A stretch of DNA of 64,000 bases from Shigella phage KNP5. Numbering within the stretch: position 1 is the first letter of the stretch; each line of letters starts with the position of its first letter. Where the stretch lies: the sequence record KX452698, one strand, 5' to 3'. The position numbers and the translations under genes were made by a program. Under the pieces are notes generated by a model. It searched no databases. It was given only the letters and a program-made list of their open reading frames with translations, and was not told the origin of the DNA. Shown here piece after piece: positions 19,548 to 37,087 of this stretch.

Positions 19548-22500
19548 CAGTAAAAGCACCTTCAGTCACTAGTCTCAGAATTTCCAAGTTATCCGCAAAT
19601 CAGGTGCAAGTACGCTGGGATGACGTTGGTGCTAATTTCTACTATTTTGTAGAAATCGCTGAGACAAAAACAAACTCGGGGGAAAATCTCCCGAGTAATC
19701 AATACAGATGGATTAACTTAGGATATACTGCAAATAACAGCTTCTTTTTTGATGATGCTGACCCGTTGACATCATACGTTATTAGAGTAGCTACAGCTGC
19801 ACAAGATTTTGAGCAGTCTGATTGGATTTATACCGAAGAGTTTGAAACTTTTGCTACAAATGCTTATACATTTCAAAACATGATTAAAATGCAATTAGCC
19901 AATAAATTCATTCAGGAAAAATTTACTCTTAATAATTCTGATTATGTTAATTTTAACAATGACACTATAATGGCTGCATTGATGAATGAATCATTCCAAT
20001 TCAGCCCATCATATGTTGACGTTTCATCAATAAGTAATTTTATTATTGGTGAAAATGAGTATCATGAAATACAGGGTTCTATTCAGCAAGTATGTAAGGA
20101 TATTAACCGAGTTTATTTGATGGAATCAGAAGGGGTTCTATATCTTTTTGAGCGCTATCAGCCTGTAGTTAAAGTATCCAATGATAAAGGACAAACCTGG
20201 AAAGCTGTAAAGCTCTTCAATGACCGCGTAGGATATCCTTTATCTAAGACGGTATATTACCAATCTGCAAACACAACATACGTTCTAGGATACGACAAGA
20301 TTTTCTATGGCCGCAAATCTACTGATGTTAGATGGTCAGCCGATGATGTCAGATTTAGTTCTCAGGATATAACATTCGCTAAACTTGGCGACCAATTGCA
20401 TTTAGGATTTGATGTAGAAATTTTTGCCACTTACGCGACTTTACCGGCGAATGTATACCGCATTGCAGAAGCTATTACTTGCACCGATGATTACATTTAC
20501 GTTGTTGCCAGAGACAAAGTTAGATACATAAAAACAAGTAATGCACCTATAGATTCTGATCCATTATCTCCAACATATTCGGAAAGGCTTTTTGAACCTG
20601 ATACAATGACTATAACTGGAAATCCTAAAGCAGTATGCTATAAAATGGATTCTATCGGTGATAAAGTTTTTGCTCTTATTATTGGTGAAGTTGAAACATT
20701 AAATGCTAATCCTAGAACATCAAAAATAATTGATTCTGCTGATAAAGGAATATATGTTTTAAATCATGACACAAAAACGTGGAAAAGAGTTTTTGGCAAT
20801 ACTGAAGAAGAAAGAAGACGTATTCAACCGGGGTATGCGAATATGTCAACTGATGGTAAATTAGTTTCTCTATCATCGAGTAATTTTAAATTTTTAAGTG
20901 ATAACGTTGTTAATGACCCTGAAACTGCAGCAAAATATCAGTTAATCGGTGCTGTTAAATATGAATTTCCTCGTGAATGGTTAGCTGATAAGCATTATCA
21001 TATGATGGCATTTATAGCAGATGAAAAGTCTGATTGGGAAACTTTTACGCCTCAGCCGATGAAATACTATGCAGAACCATTCTTTAACTGGTCTAAAAAA
21101 TCTAACACACGGTGTTGGATAAACAACTCTGATAGAGCTGTAGTAGTTTATGCTGATTTAAAATACACTAAAGTTATTGAAAATTTTCCAGAAACATCTC
21201 CAGATAGATTAGTTCATGAATACTGGGATGACGGCGATTGCACTATAGTAATGCCAAATGTTAAATTCACTGGATTTAAAAAATATGCATCTGGGATGCT
21301 TTTCTATAAATCCTCCGGTGAAATAATTTCTTACTATGATTTTAACTATCGTGTTAGAGACACTGTCGAAATTATTTGGAAGCCAACTGGAGTATTTTTA
21401 AAGGCATTTTTACAAAACCAAGAACATGAAACTCCTTGGTCGCCTGAAGAAGAGCGTGGATTAGCTGACCCTGATTTAAGACCATTAATTGGCACAATGA
21501 TGCCTGATTCTTATTTGTTGCAGGATTCGAATTTTGAGGCATTTTGCGAAGCATATATTCAGTATCTTTCTGATGGATATGGAACTCAGTATAACAATTT
21601 ACGAAATTTAATTCGTAACAAATATCCACGAGAAGAGCATGCGTGGGAGTATTTGTGGTCAGAGATATATAAAAGAAACATTTATTTAAATGCTGACAAA
21701 CGTGATGCTGTTGCAAGATTTTTCGAATCACGTAGCTATGATTTTTATTCTACTAAAGGAATTGAAGCATCATACAAATTTCTTTTTAAAGTTCTTTATA
21801 ATGAAGAGGTTGAAATTGAAATTGAATCTGGGGCTGGTACTGAATATGATATAATCGTTCAATCTGATTCTTTGACCGAAGACTTAGTAGGACAAACGAT
21901 TTATACAGCTACAGGAAGATGTAATGTTACTTATATAGAAAGAAGCTATTCTAATGGTAAATTGCAATGGACCGTAACTATTCATAATCTTTTGGGAAGA
22001 TTGATTGCCGGTCAAGAAGTTAAAGCAGAAAGACTTCCGAGTTTTGAAGGCGAAATTATTCGTGGGGTTAAAGGAAAGGATTTGCTTCAAAATAATATAG
22101 ACTATATTAATAGAAGTCGATCATATTATGTAATGAAAATTAAATCCAATTTGCCTTCTTCCCGCTGGAAATCTGACGTTATTCGTTTTGTTCATCCAGT
22201 AGGATTTGGATTTATAGCAATTACCCTTTTAACGATGTTTATTAATGTTGGTTTAACTCTTAAACACACAGAGACTATAATTAATAAATACAAAAACTAT
22301 AAATGGGATTCTGGATTGCCTACTGAATATGCTGATAGAGTAGCTAAATTGACTCCGACTGGTGAAATTGAGCATGATTCGGTAACAGGCGAAGCAATTT
22401 ATGAACCTGGCCCAATGGCTGGCGTAGAATATCCTCTTCCTGATGACTATAATGCTGAAAATAACAATTCAATATTTCAAGGTCAATTGCCGTCTGAACG

Positions 22501-22642
22501 ACGCAAATTAATGAGTCCTCTATTTGACGCATCTGGAACAACATTTGCGCAATTTAGAGATTTAGTTAATAAACGTCTAAAAGATAATATAGGAAATCCA
22601 AGAGACCCTGAAAATCCAACACAGGTTAAAATAGATGAATGA
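19544..22642 (+). CDS. 7: baseplate wedge protein gp7
   Basis: 1032 aa, matches T4 gp7. Confidence 0.92.
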   Translation: MTVKAPSVTSLRISKLSANQVQVRWDDVGANFYYFVEIAETKTNSGENLPSNQYRWINLGYTANNSFFFDDADPLTSYVIRVATAAQDFEQSDWIYTEEFETFATNAYTFQNMIKMQLANKFIQEKFTLNNSDYVNFNNDTIMAALMNESFQFSPSYVDVSSISNFIIGENEYHEIQGSIQQVCKDINRVYLMESEGVLYLFERYQPVVKVSNDKGQTWKAVKLFNDRVGYPLSKTVYYQSANTTYVLGYDKIFYGRKSTDVRWSADDVRFSSQDITFAKLGDQLHLGFDVEIFATYATLPANVYRIAEAITCTDDYIYVVARDKVRYIKTSNAPIDSDPLSPTYSERLFEPDTMTITGNPKAVCYKMDSIGDKVFALIIGEVETLNANPRTSKIIDSADKGIYVLNHDTKTWKRVFGNTEEERRRIQPGYANMSTDGKLVSLSSSNFKFLSDNVVNDPETAAKYQLIGAVKYEFPREWLADKHYHMMAFIADEKSDWETFTPQPMKYYAEPFFNWSKKSNTRCWINNSDRAVVVYADLKYTKVIENFPETSPDRLVHEYWDDGDCTIVMPNVKFTGFKKYASGMLFYKSSGEIISYYDFNYRVRDTVEIIWKPTGVFLKAFLQNQEHETPWSPEEERGLADPDLRPLIGTMMPDSYLLQDSNFEAFCEAYIQYLSDGYGTQYNNLRNLIRNKYPREEHAWEYLWSEIYKRNIYLNADKRDAVARFFESRSYDFYSTKGIEASYKFLFKVLYNEEVEIEIESGAGTEYDIIVQSDSLTEDLVGQTIYTATGRCNVTYIERSYSNGKLQWTVTIHNLLGRLIAGQEVKAERLPSFEGEIIRGVKGKDLLQNNIDYINRSRSYYVMKIKSNLPSSRWKSDVIRFVHPVGFGFIAITLLTMFINVGLTLKHTETIINKYKNYKWDSGLPTEYADRVAKLTPTGEIEHDSVTGEAIYEPGPMAGVEYPLPDDYNAENNNSIFQGQLPSERRKLMSPLFDASGTTFAQFRDLVNKRLKDNIGNPRDPENPTQVKIDE

Positions 22643-23639
22643 TTCAAGTGTTATCTATCGTGCGATAGTTACTTCAAAATTTAGAACAGAAAAAATGCTG
22701 AATTTTTATAATTCAATTGGAAGTGGTCCGGATAAAAACACTATCTTTATCACATTTGGAAGATCAGAACCGTGGTCATCAAATGAAAATGAGGTGGGCT
22801 TTGCTCCACCTTATCCAACTGATTCTGTATTGGGTGTAACTGACATGTGGACTCATATGATGGGAACTGTAAAGGTTCTTCCATCTATGCTTGATGCAGT
22901 TATTCCTCGTAGAGATTGGGGAGATACTAGATATCCGGATCCATACACATTTAGAATTAACGATATTGTAGTGTGTAACTCAGCTCCTTACAATGCTACT
23001 GAATCAGGCGCAGGCTGGTTAGTATATCGTTGTTTAGATGTTCCTGATACCGGAACGTGTTCAATAGCATCTTTAACTAATAAGGATGAATGTCTTAAGT
23101 TAGGTGGAAAATGGACTCCTTCTGTTAGGTCAATGACTCCTCCTGAAGGTCGAGGAGACGCTGAAGGAACAATCGAACCCGGCGACGGTTATGTTTGGGA
23201 ATATCTTTTTGAGATTCCGCCTGATGTATCTATAAATAGATGCACGAATGAATATATCGTAGTTCCTTGGCCTGAGGAATTAAAAGAAGACCCGGCTAGA
23301 TGGGGGTATGAAGATAATCTCACTTGGCAACAAGATGATTTTGGATTAATTTACCGTGTTAAGGCAAATACTATCCGTTTTAAAGCATATTTAGATTCAG
23401 TTTACTTTCCTGATGCTGCATTACCGGGAAATAAAGGATTTAGACAAATATCAATAATCACCAATCCTCTTGAAGCTAAAGTTCATCCAAATGACCCAAA
23501 CGTTAAAGCTGAAAAGGATTATTATGATCCGGAAGATTTAATGAGGCATTCGGGCGAAATGATTTATATGGAAAATAGGCCACCTATTATCATGGCAATG
23601 GATCAAACAGAAGAAATCAATATTCTGTTTACATTTTAA
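22635..23639 (+). CDS. 8: baseplate wedge protein gp8
   Basis: 334 aa, matches T4 gp8. Confidence 0.92.
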   Translation: MNDSSVIYRAIVTSKFRTEKMLNFYNSIGSGPDKNTIFITFGRSEPWSSNENEVGFAPPYPTDSVLGVTDMWTHMMGTVKVLPSMLDAVIPRRDWGDTRYPDPYTFRINDIVVCNSAPYNATESGAGWLVYRCLDVPDTGTCSIASLTNKDECLKLGGKWTPSVRSMTPPEGRGDAEGTIEPGDGYVWEYLFEIPPDVSINRCTNEYIVVPWPEELKEDPARWGYEDNLTWQQDDFGLIYRVKANTIRFKAYLDSVYFPDAALPGNKGFRQISIITNPLEAKVHPNDPNVKAEKDYYDPEDLMRHSGEMIYMENRPPIIMAMDQTEEINILFTF

Positions 23640-23644
23640 CTTAA

Positions 23645-23668
23645 GGGAGCCCATGGGCTCCCTTTTTC
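23645..23668 (+). terminator. rho-independent terminator after gene 8
   Basis: GGGAGCC catg GGCTCCC followed by TTTTTCTT. Confidence 0.7.
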
Positions 23669-23670
23669 TT

Positions 23671-23678
23671 TATAAATA
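23671..23678 (+). promoter_or_regulatory. late promoter core TATAAATA for gene 9
   Basis: exact TATAAATA about 25 nt upstream of the gene 9 ATG. Confidence 0.7.
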
Positions 23679-23702
23679 CTATAAACTCATAAGGAAACCG
23701 CT

Positions 23703-24569
23703 ATGTTCATTCAAGAACCAAAGAAATTGATTGATACCGGCGAAATTGGTAACGCTTCTACTGGTGATATCTTATTCGACGGTGGTAATAAAATTAATAG
23801 TGATTTTAACGCAATTTATAATGCGTTTGGCGATCAGCGTAAAATGGCAGTAGCAAATGGCACTGGAGCAGATGGCCAAATTATTCATGCTACTGGATAT
23901 TATCAAAAACACTCTATTGCAGAGTACGCAACTCCAGTAAAAGTTGGCACTAGGCATGATATTGATACCTCTACTGTAGGTGTTAAAGTTATCATTGAAA
24001 GAGGCGAACTTGGTGACTGCGTTGAATTTATTAACTCAAATGGATCTATATCAGTTACTAATCCTTTAACGATTCAAGCGATTGATTCAATAAAAGGTGT
24101 TTCAGGTAATTTAGTAGTAACTAGTCCATATAGTAAAGTAACTTTACGCTGTATTTCATCTGATAATTCTACGTCTGTTTGGAATTATTCTATTGAAAGT
24201 ATGTTTGGACAAAAGGAATCACCAGCTGAAGGTACATGGAATATTTCTACATCCGGGTCAGTTGATATTCCACTATTTCATCGTACTGAATACAATATGG
24301 CTAAATTGCTAGTTACATGCCAATCGGTAGATGGAAGAAAAATTAAAACAGCAGAAATAAATATTCTTGTAGATACTGTTAATTCAGAGGTAATTTCTTC
24401 TGAATATGCTGTCATGCGGGTTGGAAATGAAACCGAAGAAGACGAAATCGCTAATATTGCATTTAGTATTAAAACAAATTATGTAACAGCGACTGTAAGT
24501 TCTTCTATTGTTGGCATGAGAGCGGCAGTTAAAGTTATCGCTACGCAGAAAATCGGGGTGGCTCAATAA
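23703..24569 (+). CDS. 9: baseplate wedge, long tail fiber socket protein gp9
   Basis: 288 aa, matches T4 gp9. Confidence 0.92.
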   Translation: MFIQEPKKLIDTGEIGNASTGDILFDGGNKINSDFNAIYNAFGDQRKMAVANGTGADGQIIHATGYYQKHSIAEYATPVKVGTRHDIDTSTVGVKVIIERGELGDCVEFINSNGSISVTNPLTIQAIDSIKGVSGNLVVTSPYSKVTLRCISSDNSTSVWNYSIESMFGQKESPAEGTWNISTSGSVDIPLFHRTEYNMAKLLVTCQSVDGRKIKTAEINILVDTVNSEVISSEYAVMRVGNETEEDEIANIAFSIKTNYVTATVSSSIVGMRAAVKVIATQKIGVAQ

Positions 24570-26374
24570 TGAAACAAAATATTAATATCGGTAATGTTGT
24601 AGATGATGGTACCGGTGACTACCTGCGTAAAGGTGGTATAAAAATAAATGAAAACTTTGATGAGCTTTATTATGAACTCGGTGATGGTGATGTTCCATAT
24701 TCAGCCGGTGCCTGGAAAACTTATAACGCTTCATCTGGGCAAACATTAACAGCAGAATGGGGAAAATCATACGCTATTAATACTTCGTCTGGGAGAGTAA
24801 CACTACAACTTCCTAAAGGAACTGTTAATGATTACAACAAGGTAATTAGAGCTAGAGACGTATTCGCTACATGGAACATCAATCCAGTTACGCTAGTAGC
24901 TGCTTCTGGTGATACGATTAAAGGATCGTCATCATCTGTTGAAATTAATATTCAATTTAGTGATTTGGAGCTAGTTTATTGTGCTCCAGGACGTTGGGAA
25001 TATGTCAAAAATAAGCAAATTGACAAAATTACCAGTTCAGACATTAGTAATGTAGCTCGTAAAGAATTTTTAGTTGAAGTTCAAGGACAAACTGACTTTT
25101 TAGATATTTTCCATGGAACTAGTTATAATGTCAATAACATCAGAGTAAAACATCGTGGTAACGAATTGTATTACGGCGATGTATTTAGCGAAAACAGTGA
25201 CTTTGGTTCTCCAGGGGAAAATGAAGGAGAATTAATTCCTCTCGATGGATTTAATATTAGGCTAAGACAGCCTTGTAATATTGGTGATACTGTTCAAATT
25301 GAAACATTTATGGATGGTGTATCACAATGGAGAAGTTCATATACAAGACGCCAAATAAAAGTACTAGATTCAAAACTAACATCAAAGACTTCTTTAGAAG
25401 GAAGCATTTATGTTACTGATTTATCGGCGATGAAATCAATTCCATTCTCCGCATTTGGATTAATTCCTGGCGAACCCATTAATCCTAATTCTCTTGAGGT
25501 TCGTTTTAATGGAATTTTACAGCAGCAGGCTGGAACAGCTGGATATCCTCTGTTTTTGTGTGAAGGTGCTAATTCAGATACGCAAGAAGGATGTATATCT
25601 CTTGGTGGCGAATGGAAAGAATCAAACACCGATTATTCTATAGAATATGAAGACGGAAAACCTATCAGTCTTTTATTTGATAGAAAATTTGAATCCGGTG
25701 ACATTATCGTTATAACATGGTTCAATAATGATTTAGGAACTCTTTTAGAAAAAGATGACATCATTGAATTGACTGATGACCGTTATGTTAGTAAAGGATC
25801 ATCTACTGAAGTTACTGGTGATGTGGCCTTAACAGATTTTGATAAAATCGGTTGGCCAAATGTTGAAAAAGTTGATTCTTATACTAGAACGTATAATTCA
25901 ATATCATCTATTTTCGACAGCATTTATCCTGTTGGTTCAATTTATGAAAATGCTATAAACCCAAATAATCCGGTGACTTATATGGGATTTGGTTCATGGA
26001 AATTATTTGGTAAAGGACAAGTTTTAGTAGGATGGAATGATGATGTTACGGATCCAAACTTTGCTTTAAACAATAATGATTTAGATTCTAGCGGAAATCC
26101 TTCACATACGGCAGGTGGAACGGTTGGAACAACATCAGTAACGCTTGAAAACGCAAATCTTCCTGCAACTAAAACCGACGAAAGAGTTTTAATTGAAGAC
26201 GAAAATGGATCGGTTATTATTGGAGGTTGCCAATATGACCCAGATGAAACTGGTCCTATATATACAAAATATCGTGAAGATTACGCAACAACAAACTCTT
26301 CACATACTCCTCCTGCTAATATTAGTAATATTCAACCGTCTATTACTGTATACCGTTGGATAAGGATTGCATAA
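24569..26374 (+). CDS. 10: baseplate wedge protein gp10
   Basis: 601 aa (T4 gp10 is 602). Confidence 0.92.
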   Translation: MKQNINIGNVVDDGTGDYLRKGGIKINENFDELYYELGDGDVPYSAGAWKTYNASSGQTLTAEWGKSYAINTSSGRVTLQLPKGTVNDYNKVIRARDVFATWNINPVTLVAASGDTIKGSSSSVEINIQFSDLELVYCAPGRWEYVKNKQIDKITSSDISNVARKEFLVEVQGQTDFLDIFHGTSYNVNNIRVKHRGNELYYGDVFSENSDFGSPGENEGELIPLDGFNIRLRQPCNIGDTVQIETFMDGVSQWRSSYTRRQIKVLDSKLTSKTSLEGSIYVTDLSAMKSIPFSAFGLIPGEPINPNSLEVRFNGILQQQAGTAGYPLFLCEGANSDTQEGCISLGGEWKESNTDYSIEYEDGKPISLLFDRKFESGDIIVITWFNNDLGTLLEKDDIIELTDDRYVSKGSSTEVTGDVALTDFDKIGWPNVEKVDSYTRTYNSISSIFDSIYPVGSIYENAINPNNPVTYMGFGSWKLFGKGQVLVGWNDDVTDPNFALNNNDLDSSGNPSHTAGGTVGTTSVTLENANLPATKTDERVLIEDENGSVIIGGCQYDPDETGPIYTKYREDYATTNSSHTPPANISNIQPSITVYRWIRIA

Positions 26375-27033
26375 TGAGTTTACTTAATAATAAAGCGGGA
26401 GTTATTTCCCGCTTAGCAGATTTTCTTGGTTTTAGAACTAAGAAAAATGATATTTCGGTTATGAATAATCAGCCAGTAGGTGCTGTAACAATTTCACAAA
26501 TAGCAAAAGGGTTTTATGACCCAAATGTAGAATCTGCTATTAATGATGTTAGAAATATGGCAGAGCAACAGGTTGGAGCTGTATTAGTTAATATAAGTGG
26601 CGTATCTCCTACTGGCGTGCAGCAAACAGACTATTGGTCATTTGAAGGAACTGTCAATGATACTTCAGCCAAACCAGGTGACCCGGTTATTGTTAACATG
26701 TTTGGCATTCCTGTTAAAGCTACTAATGGAATGACTTCAATCGAATTTACCAGTGCCGTTAGAACAGCTCTGCAGGAAATGGTTGCAAAATTTATTGCAA
26801 TTGATTCATTTGAAGACCATCCTACCATAGGAAATAAAATACAAGTTAAGTATTTAGATAATCAAGAACATATCTTAGAACAATACTCTGATAAAGGAAT
26901 TACTTTCAAACAAGAAATAATTTCTCCTTCTAAACCTGGGTATGGAACTTGGCAATTATTAGGTGCGCAAACTGTTACGCTAGATAGTCACACACAACCT
27001 ACAGTATTTTATTATTTTGAGAGAATAGCATGA
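26374..27033 (+). CDS. 11: baseplate wedge protein gp11
   Basis: start at the ATG overlapping the gene 10 stop (TAATG), giving 219 aa as in T4. Confidence 0.9.
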   Translation: MSLLNNKAGVISRLADFLGFRTKKNDISVMNNQPVGAVTISQIAKGFYDPNVESAINDVRNMAEQQVGAVLVNISGVSPTGVQQTDYWSFEGTVNDTSAKPGDPVIVNMFGIPVKATNGMTSIEFTSAVRTALQEMVAKFIAIDSFEDHPTIGNKIQVKYLDNQEHILEQYSDKGITFKQEIISPSKPGYGTWQLLGAQTVTLDSHTQPTVFYYFERIA

Positions 27034-28580
27034 GTAACAATACATATCAGCACGTATCAAATGAATCAAAATATGTTAAATTCGATCCTACTGGATCGAA
27101 TTTTCCTGACACTGTCACGACAGTGCAGTCTGCATTATCAAAAATAAGTAATATCGGCGTAAATGGTATTCCTGATGCAACTATGGAAGTTAAAGGAATA
27201 GCAATGATTGCGTCAGAGCAAGAGGTTTTAGATGGAACTAATAATTCTAAAATCGTTACACCCGCTACATTAGCAACAAGATTATTGTATCCAAATGCTA
27301 CTGAAACTAAATATGGTTTAACGCGCTATTCAACAAATGAAGAAACATTAGAAGGCTCAGATAATAATTCATCAATAACGCCGCAAAAACTGAAATACCA
27401 TACCGACGATGTGTTCCAAAATAGATATTCGTCTGAGTCATCAAATGGAGTTATTAAAATATCATCTACACCTGCAGCTTTAGCTGGAGTTGATGATACT
27501 ACGGCAATGACTCCATTAAAAACGCAAAAACTTGCAATAAAATTAATTTCACAAATAGCTCCTTCCGAAGATACTGCATCAGAATCTGTGAGAGGCGTAG
27601 TTCAATTATCTACTGTTGCGCAAACTCGTCAAGGAACTCTCCGCGAAGGATATGCAATTTCTCCGTATACCTTTATGAATTCTGTTGCAACACAAGAATA
27701 TAAGGGTGTTATACGTTTAGGAACACAATCGGAAATTAACAGTAATTTAGGAGATGTTGCAGTAACAGGTGAAACATTAAATGGTCGAGGAGCTACTGGT
27801 TCTATGCGCGGTGTAGTAAAATTAACGACGCAAGCCGGTATTGCCCCCGAGGGTGATGGCTCTGGAGCATTAGCATGGAACGCAGATGTAATTAATACAC
27901 GCGGTGGACAAACTATTAATGGTTCTTTAAATTTAGACCATCTTACAGCAAATGGAATTTGGTCGCGCGGCGGTATGTGGAAAAATGGTGATCAACCTGT
28001 TGCCACTGAAAGATATGCGTCTGAAAGGGTTCCAGTTGGAACTATTATGATGTTTGCGGGTGATTCTGCACCTCCAGGTTGGATTATGTGCCATGGTGGA
28101 ACCGTGTCAGGAGATCAATATCCTGATTATAGAAACACAGTTGGAACAAGATTTGGTGGTGATTGGAATAACCCTGGCATTCCTGATATGCGAGGTCTTT
28201 TCGTCAGAGGAGCTGGCACAGGAGGTCATATTTTAAATCAACGAGGACAAGATGGTTATGGAAAGGATAGACTTGGCGTAGGATGTGACGGAATGCATGT
28301 TGGCGGTGTTCAAGCACAACAAATGTCATACCATAAACATGCTGGTGGCTGGGGAGAATACCAAAGACATGAAGCTCCATTTGGCGCGTCCGTTTATCAA
28401 GGATATCTTGGAACTAGAAAATATGCCGACTGGGATAACGCTTCATACTTCACTAATGATGGATTTGAATTAGGTGGACCGAGAGATGCCCTTGGTACAC
28501 TTAATCGTGAAGGATTAATTGGTTATGAAACTAGACCATGGAATATATCATTAAACTATATTATTAAAATTCATTACTAA
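27030..28580 (+). CDS. 12: short tail fiber protein gp12
   Basis: 516 aa (T4 527); N-terminus [20 protein letters not shown]. Confidence 0.92.
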   Translation: MSNNTYQHVSNESKYVKFDPTGSNFPDTVTTVQSALSKISNIGVNGIPDATMEVKGIAMIASEQEVLDGTNNSKIVTPATLATRLLYPNATETKYGLTRYSTNEETLEGSDNNSSITPQKLKYHTDDVFQNRYSSESSNGVIKISSTPAALAGVDDTTAMTPLKTQKLAIKLISQIAPSEDTASESVRGVVQLSTVAQTRQGTLREGYAISPYTFMNSVATQEYKGVIRLGTQSEINSNLGDVAVTGETLNGRGATGSMRGVVKLTTQAGIAPEGDGSGALAWNADVINTRGGQTINGSLNLDHLTANGIWSRGGMWKNGDQPVATERYASERVPVGTIMMFAGDSAPPGWIMCHGGTVSGDQYPDYRNTVGTRFGGDWNNPGIPDMRGLFVRGAGTGGHILNQRGQDGYGKDRLGVGCDGMHVGGVQAQQMSYHKHAGGWGEYQRHEAPFGASVYQGYLGTRKYADWDNASYFTNDGFELGGPRDALGTLNREGLIGYETRPWNISLNYIIKIHY

Positions 28581-28589
28581 GGATTACAA

Positions 28590-30047
28590 ATGATTGAATT
28601 AAAAGAGTTACCTTTTGTTGATAGCGTTCCTGGCGAAGGTCAGGAACGTATTTCATGGATTAAAAATGGTGAAGAAATATTAGGAGCTAGTACTAAGTAT
28701 GGAAACGATGGGTCAATGAATAGACCAACTGTTTCCGTGTTTAAAAACGTCGAGGTTCTCGACGAAAATGTAGGAATTCTTAAAACTGCCATTGAAACAT
28801 CTCAGGAAGATATTAAAACTATTCAAGGCATTTTAGATGTATCAGGAGATATAGAAGCGCTATCACAGATCAGCGTTAATAAAAATGATATATCAAGTTT
28901 AAAGACGCTCACAAGTGAACATACTGATATATTAAATGGTACAAATACTACGGTTGATAATATTCTTTCTGATATTGGTCCATTTAATTCGCAAGCAAAT
29001 TCAGTTTATAGAACGATTAGAAATGATTTGCTGTGGATTAAAAGGGAACTAGGACAATATGCTGGACAAGATATTAATGGTCTTCCTGTTGTAGGAAATA
29101 GCAGCACGGGGATGAAGCACCGTATCATTAATAATACAGATGCTATAACTTCCCAAGGAATACGTCTAAGTGATTTGGAAGAAAAATTTATTGAATCTGA
29201 TGTAGGTTCGCTTACAATCGAAGTAGGAAATCTTAGACAGGAATTAGGACAAAGACCGCCTTCATTTAGTGAAAGTATATATTCACGTGTGCATAATTTA
29301 GATCAATCACAAATTAATCTTAATTCCGAAATTAAATCTATCAAAACTTCTATTGGATATCCAGGAAATACTTCAATAATCACAGATGTTAACACTAATA
29401 CACGAGAAATTTCAGCTTTAACTGATGAGCTAAATAAAAGCGGAGGTGTTAAACAGCGATTAACTGTCATTGAAACATCAATTGGCTCAGATGATATTCC
29501 TTCTAGTATTAAAGGTAAAATTAAAGATAATACAACATCTATTGAGTTTTTAAATGGAATTGTTGGTGAAAACACTTCATCTGGACTACGAGCAAACGTT
29601 TCGTGGTTAAACCAAATTGTTGGAACTGATTCTAGCGGTGGACAACCTTCTCCTCCTGGGTCTCTTTTAAATAGAGTTTCAACTGTTGAAACTTCCGTTA
29701 ATAGACTGAATAATGATGTTCAAAACTTGCAAGTTGAAATTGGTAATAACAATTCCGGAATTAAAGGACAGGTTGTAACATTAAATAAATTAGTAAATGG
29801 AACAAATCCAAATGGTTCAACTGTCGAAGAACGTGGATTAACTAATTCAATAAAAGCTAATGAAACTAACATTTCTTCTATTAATCAAGAAATGCGTAGT
29901 ATTAAAAGTAATGTATCTTCATTACAGGCGGATGTTCAGACTTTACAGGAAGCAGGTTATATTCCTGAAGCTCCAAAAGATGGTCAAGCTTACGTTCGTA
30001 AAGACGGCGAATGGGTATTACTTTCTACCTTTTTATCACCAGCATAA
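28590..30047 (+). CDS. wac: fibritin (whisker antigen control)
   Basis: 485 aa; coiled-coil repeats; C-terminal foldon [27 protein letters not shown]. Confidence 0.95.
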   Translation: MIELKELPFVDSVPGEGQERISWIKNGEEILGASTKYGNDGSMNRPTVSVFKNVEVLDENVGILKTAIETSQEDIKTIQGILDVSGDIEALSQISVNKNDISSLKTLTSEHTDILNGTNTTVDNILSDIGPFNSQANSVYRTIRNDLLWIKRELGQYAGQDINGLPVVGNSSTGMKHRIINNTDAITSQGIRLSDLEEKFIESDVGSLTIEVGNLRQELGQRPPSFSESIYSRVHNLDQSQINLNSEIKSIKTSIGYPGNTSIITDVNTNTREISALTDELNKSGGVKQRLTVIETSIGSDDIPSSIKGKIKDNTTSIEFLNGIVGENTSSGLRANVSWLNQIVGTDSSGGQPSPPGSLLNRVSTVETSVNRLNNDVQNLQVEIGNNNSGIKGQVVTLNKLVNGTNPNGSTVEERGLTNSIKANETNISSINQEMRSIKSNVSSLQADVQTLQEAGYIPEAPKDGQAYVRKDGEWVLLSTFLSPA

Positions 30048-30079
30048 CATGGGGCCGCAAGGCCCCAAAGGATTTTTAA

Positions 30080-31781
<1,702 letters not shown>

Positions 31782-31822
31782 TAAATATTATAAACTAATT
31801 AAAGCCCAGATTAGGAGAAATC

Positions 31823-34960
<3,138 letters not shown>

Positions 34961-34965
34961 ATATA

Positions 34966-34973
34966 TTAAAGCA
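34966..34973 (+). promoter_or_regulatory. late promoter core TATAAATA for gene 18
   Basis: exact TATAAATA about 20 nt upstream of the gene 18 ATG. Confidence 0.65.
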
Positions 34974-34991
34974 TATTAAAGAGGATTAAAA

Positions 34992-36971
34992 ATGACTTTA
35001 TTATCTCCGGGCATTGAGCTCAAAGAAACTACGGTTCAAAGCACCGTGGTTAATAACTCTACTGGTACAGCAGCTTTGGCCGGTAAATTCCAGTGGGGTC
35101 CTGCTTTTCAAATTAAACAGGTTACAAATGAAGTAGATTTAGTTAATACTTTTGGTCAACCTACAGCTGAAACTGCTGACTATTTTATGTCTGCAATGAA
35201 TTTCTTACAATACGGAAATGATTTGCGAGTTGTGCGTGCTGTCGATAGAGATACCGCTAAAAACTCATCTCCGATTGCCGGTAATATTGAATACACTATT
35301 TCTACCCCAGGTAGTAACTACGCGATTGGAGATAAAATCACGGTTAAGTATGTTTCAGAAGATGTTGAAACAGAATGTAAAGTTACCGAAGTAGATGCTG
35401 ATGGAAAAATTAAGAAAATTAATATTCCTACCGCAAAAATTATCGCTAAAGCGAAAGAAGTAGGCGAATATCCAGCATTAGGTTCTAACTGGACCGCGGA
35501 AATTTCTTCGTCTTCCTCTGGTTTAGCTGCAGTAATAACTCTTGGAAAAATTATTACTGATTCTGGTATTTTATTAGCTGAAATTGAAAATGCTGAAGCT
35601 GCTATGACAGCTGTTGACTTTCAAGCAAATCTCGAAAAATATGGAATTCCAGGAGTAGTAGCTCTTTATCCAGGCGAGTTGGGCGATAAAATCGAAATTG
35701 AAATCGTATCTAAAGCTGATTACGCAAAAGGTGCTTCTGCATTACTTCCAATTTATCCAGGTGGCGGAACACGCGCATCTACTGCCAAAGCAGTGTTTGG
35801 ATATGGACCACAAACTGATTCACAATACGCTATCATAGTTCGTCGCAATGATGCTATTGTTCAAAGCGTTGTTCTTTCGACAAAGCGAGGTGAAAAAGAT
35901 ATTTACGATAGTAACATCTATATTGACGACTTTTTCGCAAAAGGTGGTTCAGAATATATTTTCGCAACTGCACAAAACTGGCCAGAAGGCTTCTCTGGAA
36001 TTTTAACTCTGTCTGGTGGATTATCATCAAATGCTGAAGTAACAGCAGGAGATTTGATGGAAGCTTGGGACTTCTTTGCTGACCGTGAATCTGTTGATGT
36101 TCAGTTGTTTATTGCGGGTTCTTGTGCCGGTGAATCTTTAGAAACAGCATCTACTGTCCAAAAACACGTCGTTTCAATTGGGGATGCTCGCCAAGATTGC
36201 TTAGTACTGTGCTCGCCACCGCGTGAAACTGTAGTTGGAATTCCTGTAACTCGTGCTGTTGATAACTTAGTCAATTGGAGAACTGCAGCAGGTTCATACA
36301 CTGATAATAACTTTAATATCAGTTCAACCTACGCAGCAATTGATGGTAACTACAAGTATCAGTATGACAAATATAATGATGTAAATCGTTGGGTTCCATT
36401 AGCAGCTGATATTGCTGGTTTATGCGCGAGAACCGATAACGTTTCTCAGACTTGGATGTCTCCAGCTGGTTATAATCGCGGCCAGATTTTGAACGTTATT
36501 AAACTTGCTATTGAAACTCGCCAGGCGCAGCGCGACCGTTTATATCAAGAAGCTATCAACCCAGTAACTGGTACAGGTGGTGATGGTTACGTATTGTATG
36601 GTGATAAAACAGCTACTTCTGTTCCTTCTCCATTTGATCGTATTAACGTTCGTCGTCTGTTTAATATGTTGAAAACGAATATCGGACGTAGTTCAAAATA
36701 TCGTTTGTTCGAATTAAACAACGCGTTTACTCGTTCATCGTTCCGCACAGAAACTTCCCAGTACTTGCAGGGAATTAAAGCTCTCGGTGGAATTTATGAA
36801 TATCGTGTAGTTTGCGATACAACAAATAACACTCCGTCAGTAATTGATAGAAATGAGTTTGTTGCAACATTCTACATCCAACCGGCTAGAAGCATTAACT
36901 ACATTACCTTAAACTTCGTAGCAACTGCTACTGGCGCAGATTTCGATGAGTTAACTGGTCTTGCAGGTTAA
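34992..36971 (+). CDS. 18: tail sheath protein gp18
   Basis: 659 aa, matches T4 gp18. Confidence 0.95.
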   Translation: MTLLSPGIELKETTVQSTVVNNSTGTAALAGKFQWGPAFQIKQVTNEVDLVNTFGQPTAETADYFMSAMNFLQYGNDLRVVRAVDRDTAKNSSPIAGNIEYTISTPGSNYAIGDKITVKYVSEDVETECKVTEVDADGKIKKINIPTAKIIAKAKEVGEYPALGSNWTAEISSSSSGLAAVITLGKIITDSGILLAEIENAEAAMTAVDFQANLEKYGIPGVVALYPGELGDKIEIEIVSKADYAKGASALLPIYPGGGTRASTAKAVFGYGPQTDSQYAIIVRRNDAIVQSVVLSTKRGEKDIYDSNIYIDDFFAKGGSEYIFATAQNWPEGFSGILTLSGGLSSNAEVTAGDLMEAWDFFADRESVDVQLFIAGSCAGESLETASTVQKHVVSIGDARQDCLVLCSPPRETVVGIPVTRAVDNLVNWRTAAGSYTDNNFNISSTYAAIDGNYKYQYDKYNDVNRWVPLAADIAGLCARTDNVSQTWMSPAGYNRGQILNVIKLAIETRQAQRDRLYQEAINPVTGTGGDGYVLYGDKTATSVPSPFDRINVRRLFNMLKTNIGRSSKYRLFELNNAFTRSSFRTETSQYLQGIKALGGIYEYRVVCDTTNNTPSVIDRNEFVATFYIQPARSINYITLNFVATATGADFDELTGLAG

Positions 36972-37006
36972 TACGGTGCATTCTAAAGGCCTGTTTCGGC
37001 AGGCCA

Positions 37007-37074
37007 TATAAATACACTATATCCTTAATTCTTTAATTCTATATGCCCTAGGTTAAACATAGGGATATAAATAC
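37007..37074 (+). promoter_or_regulatory. two late promoter cores (TATAAATA at 37007-37014 and 37067-37074) upstream of gene 19
   Basis: exact motif twice; the first directly follows the hairpin GGCCTG tttcgg CAGGCC. Confidence 0.65.
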
Positions 37075-37087
37075 TACAGAGGCTAAT

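Noticed and set aside
36989-37005. Hairpin GGCCTG tttcgg CAGGCC after gene 18 as an intrinsic terminator
   Set aside because: No downstream U-run (followed directly by the TATAAATA promoter); may be an RNA processing or stability element.
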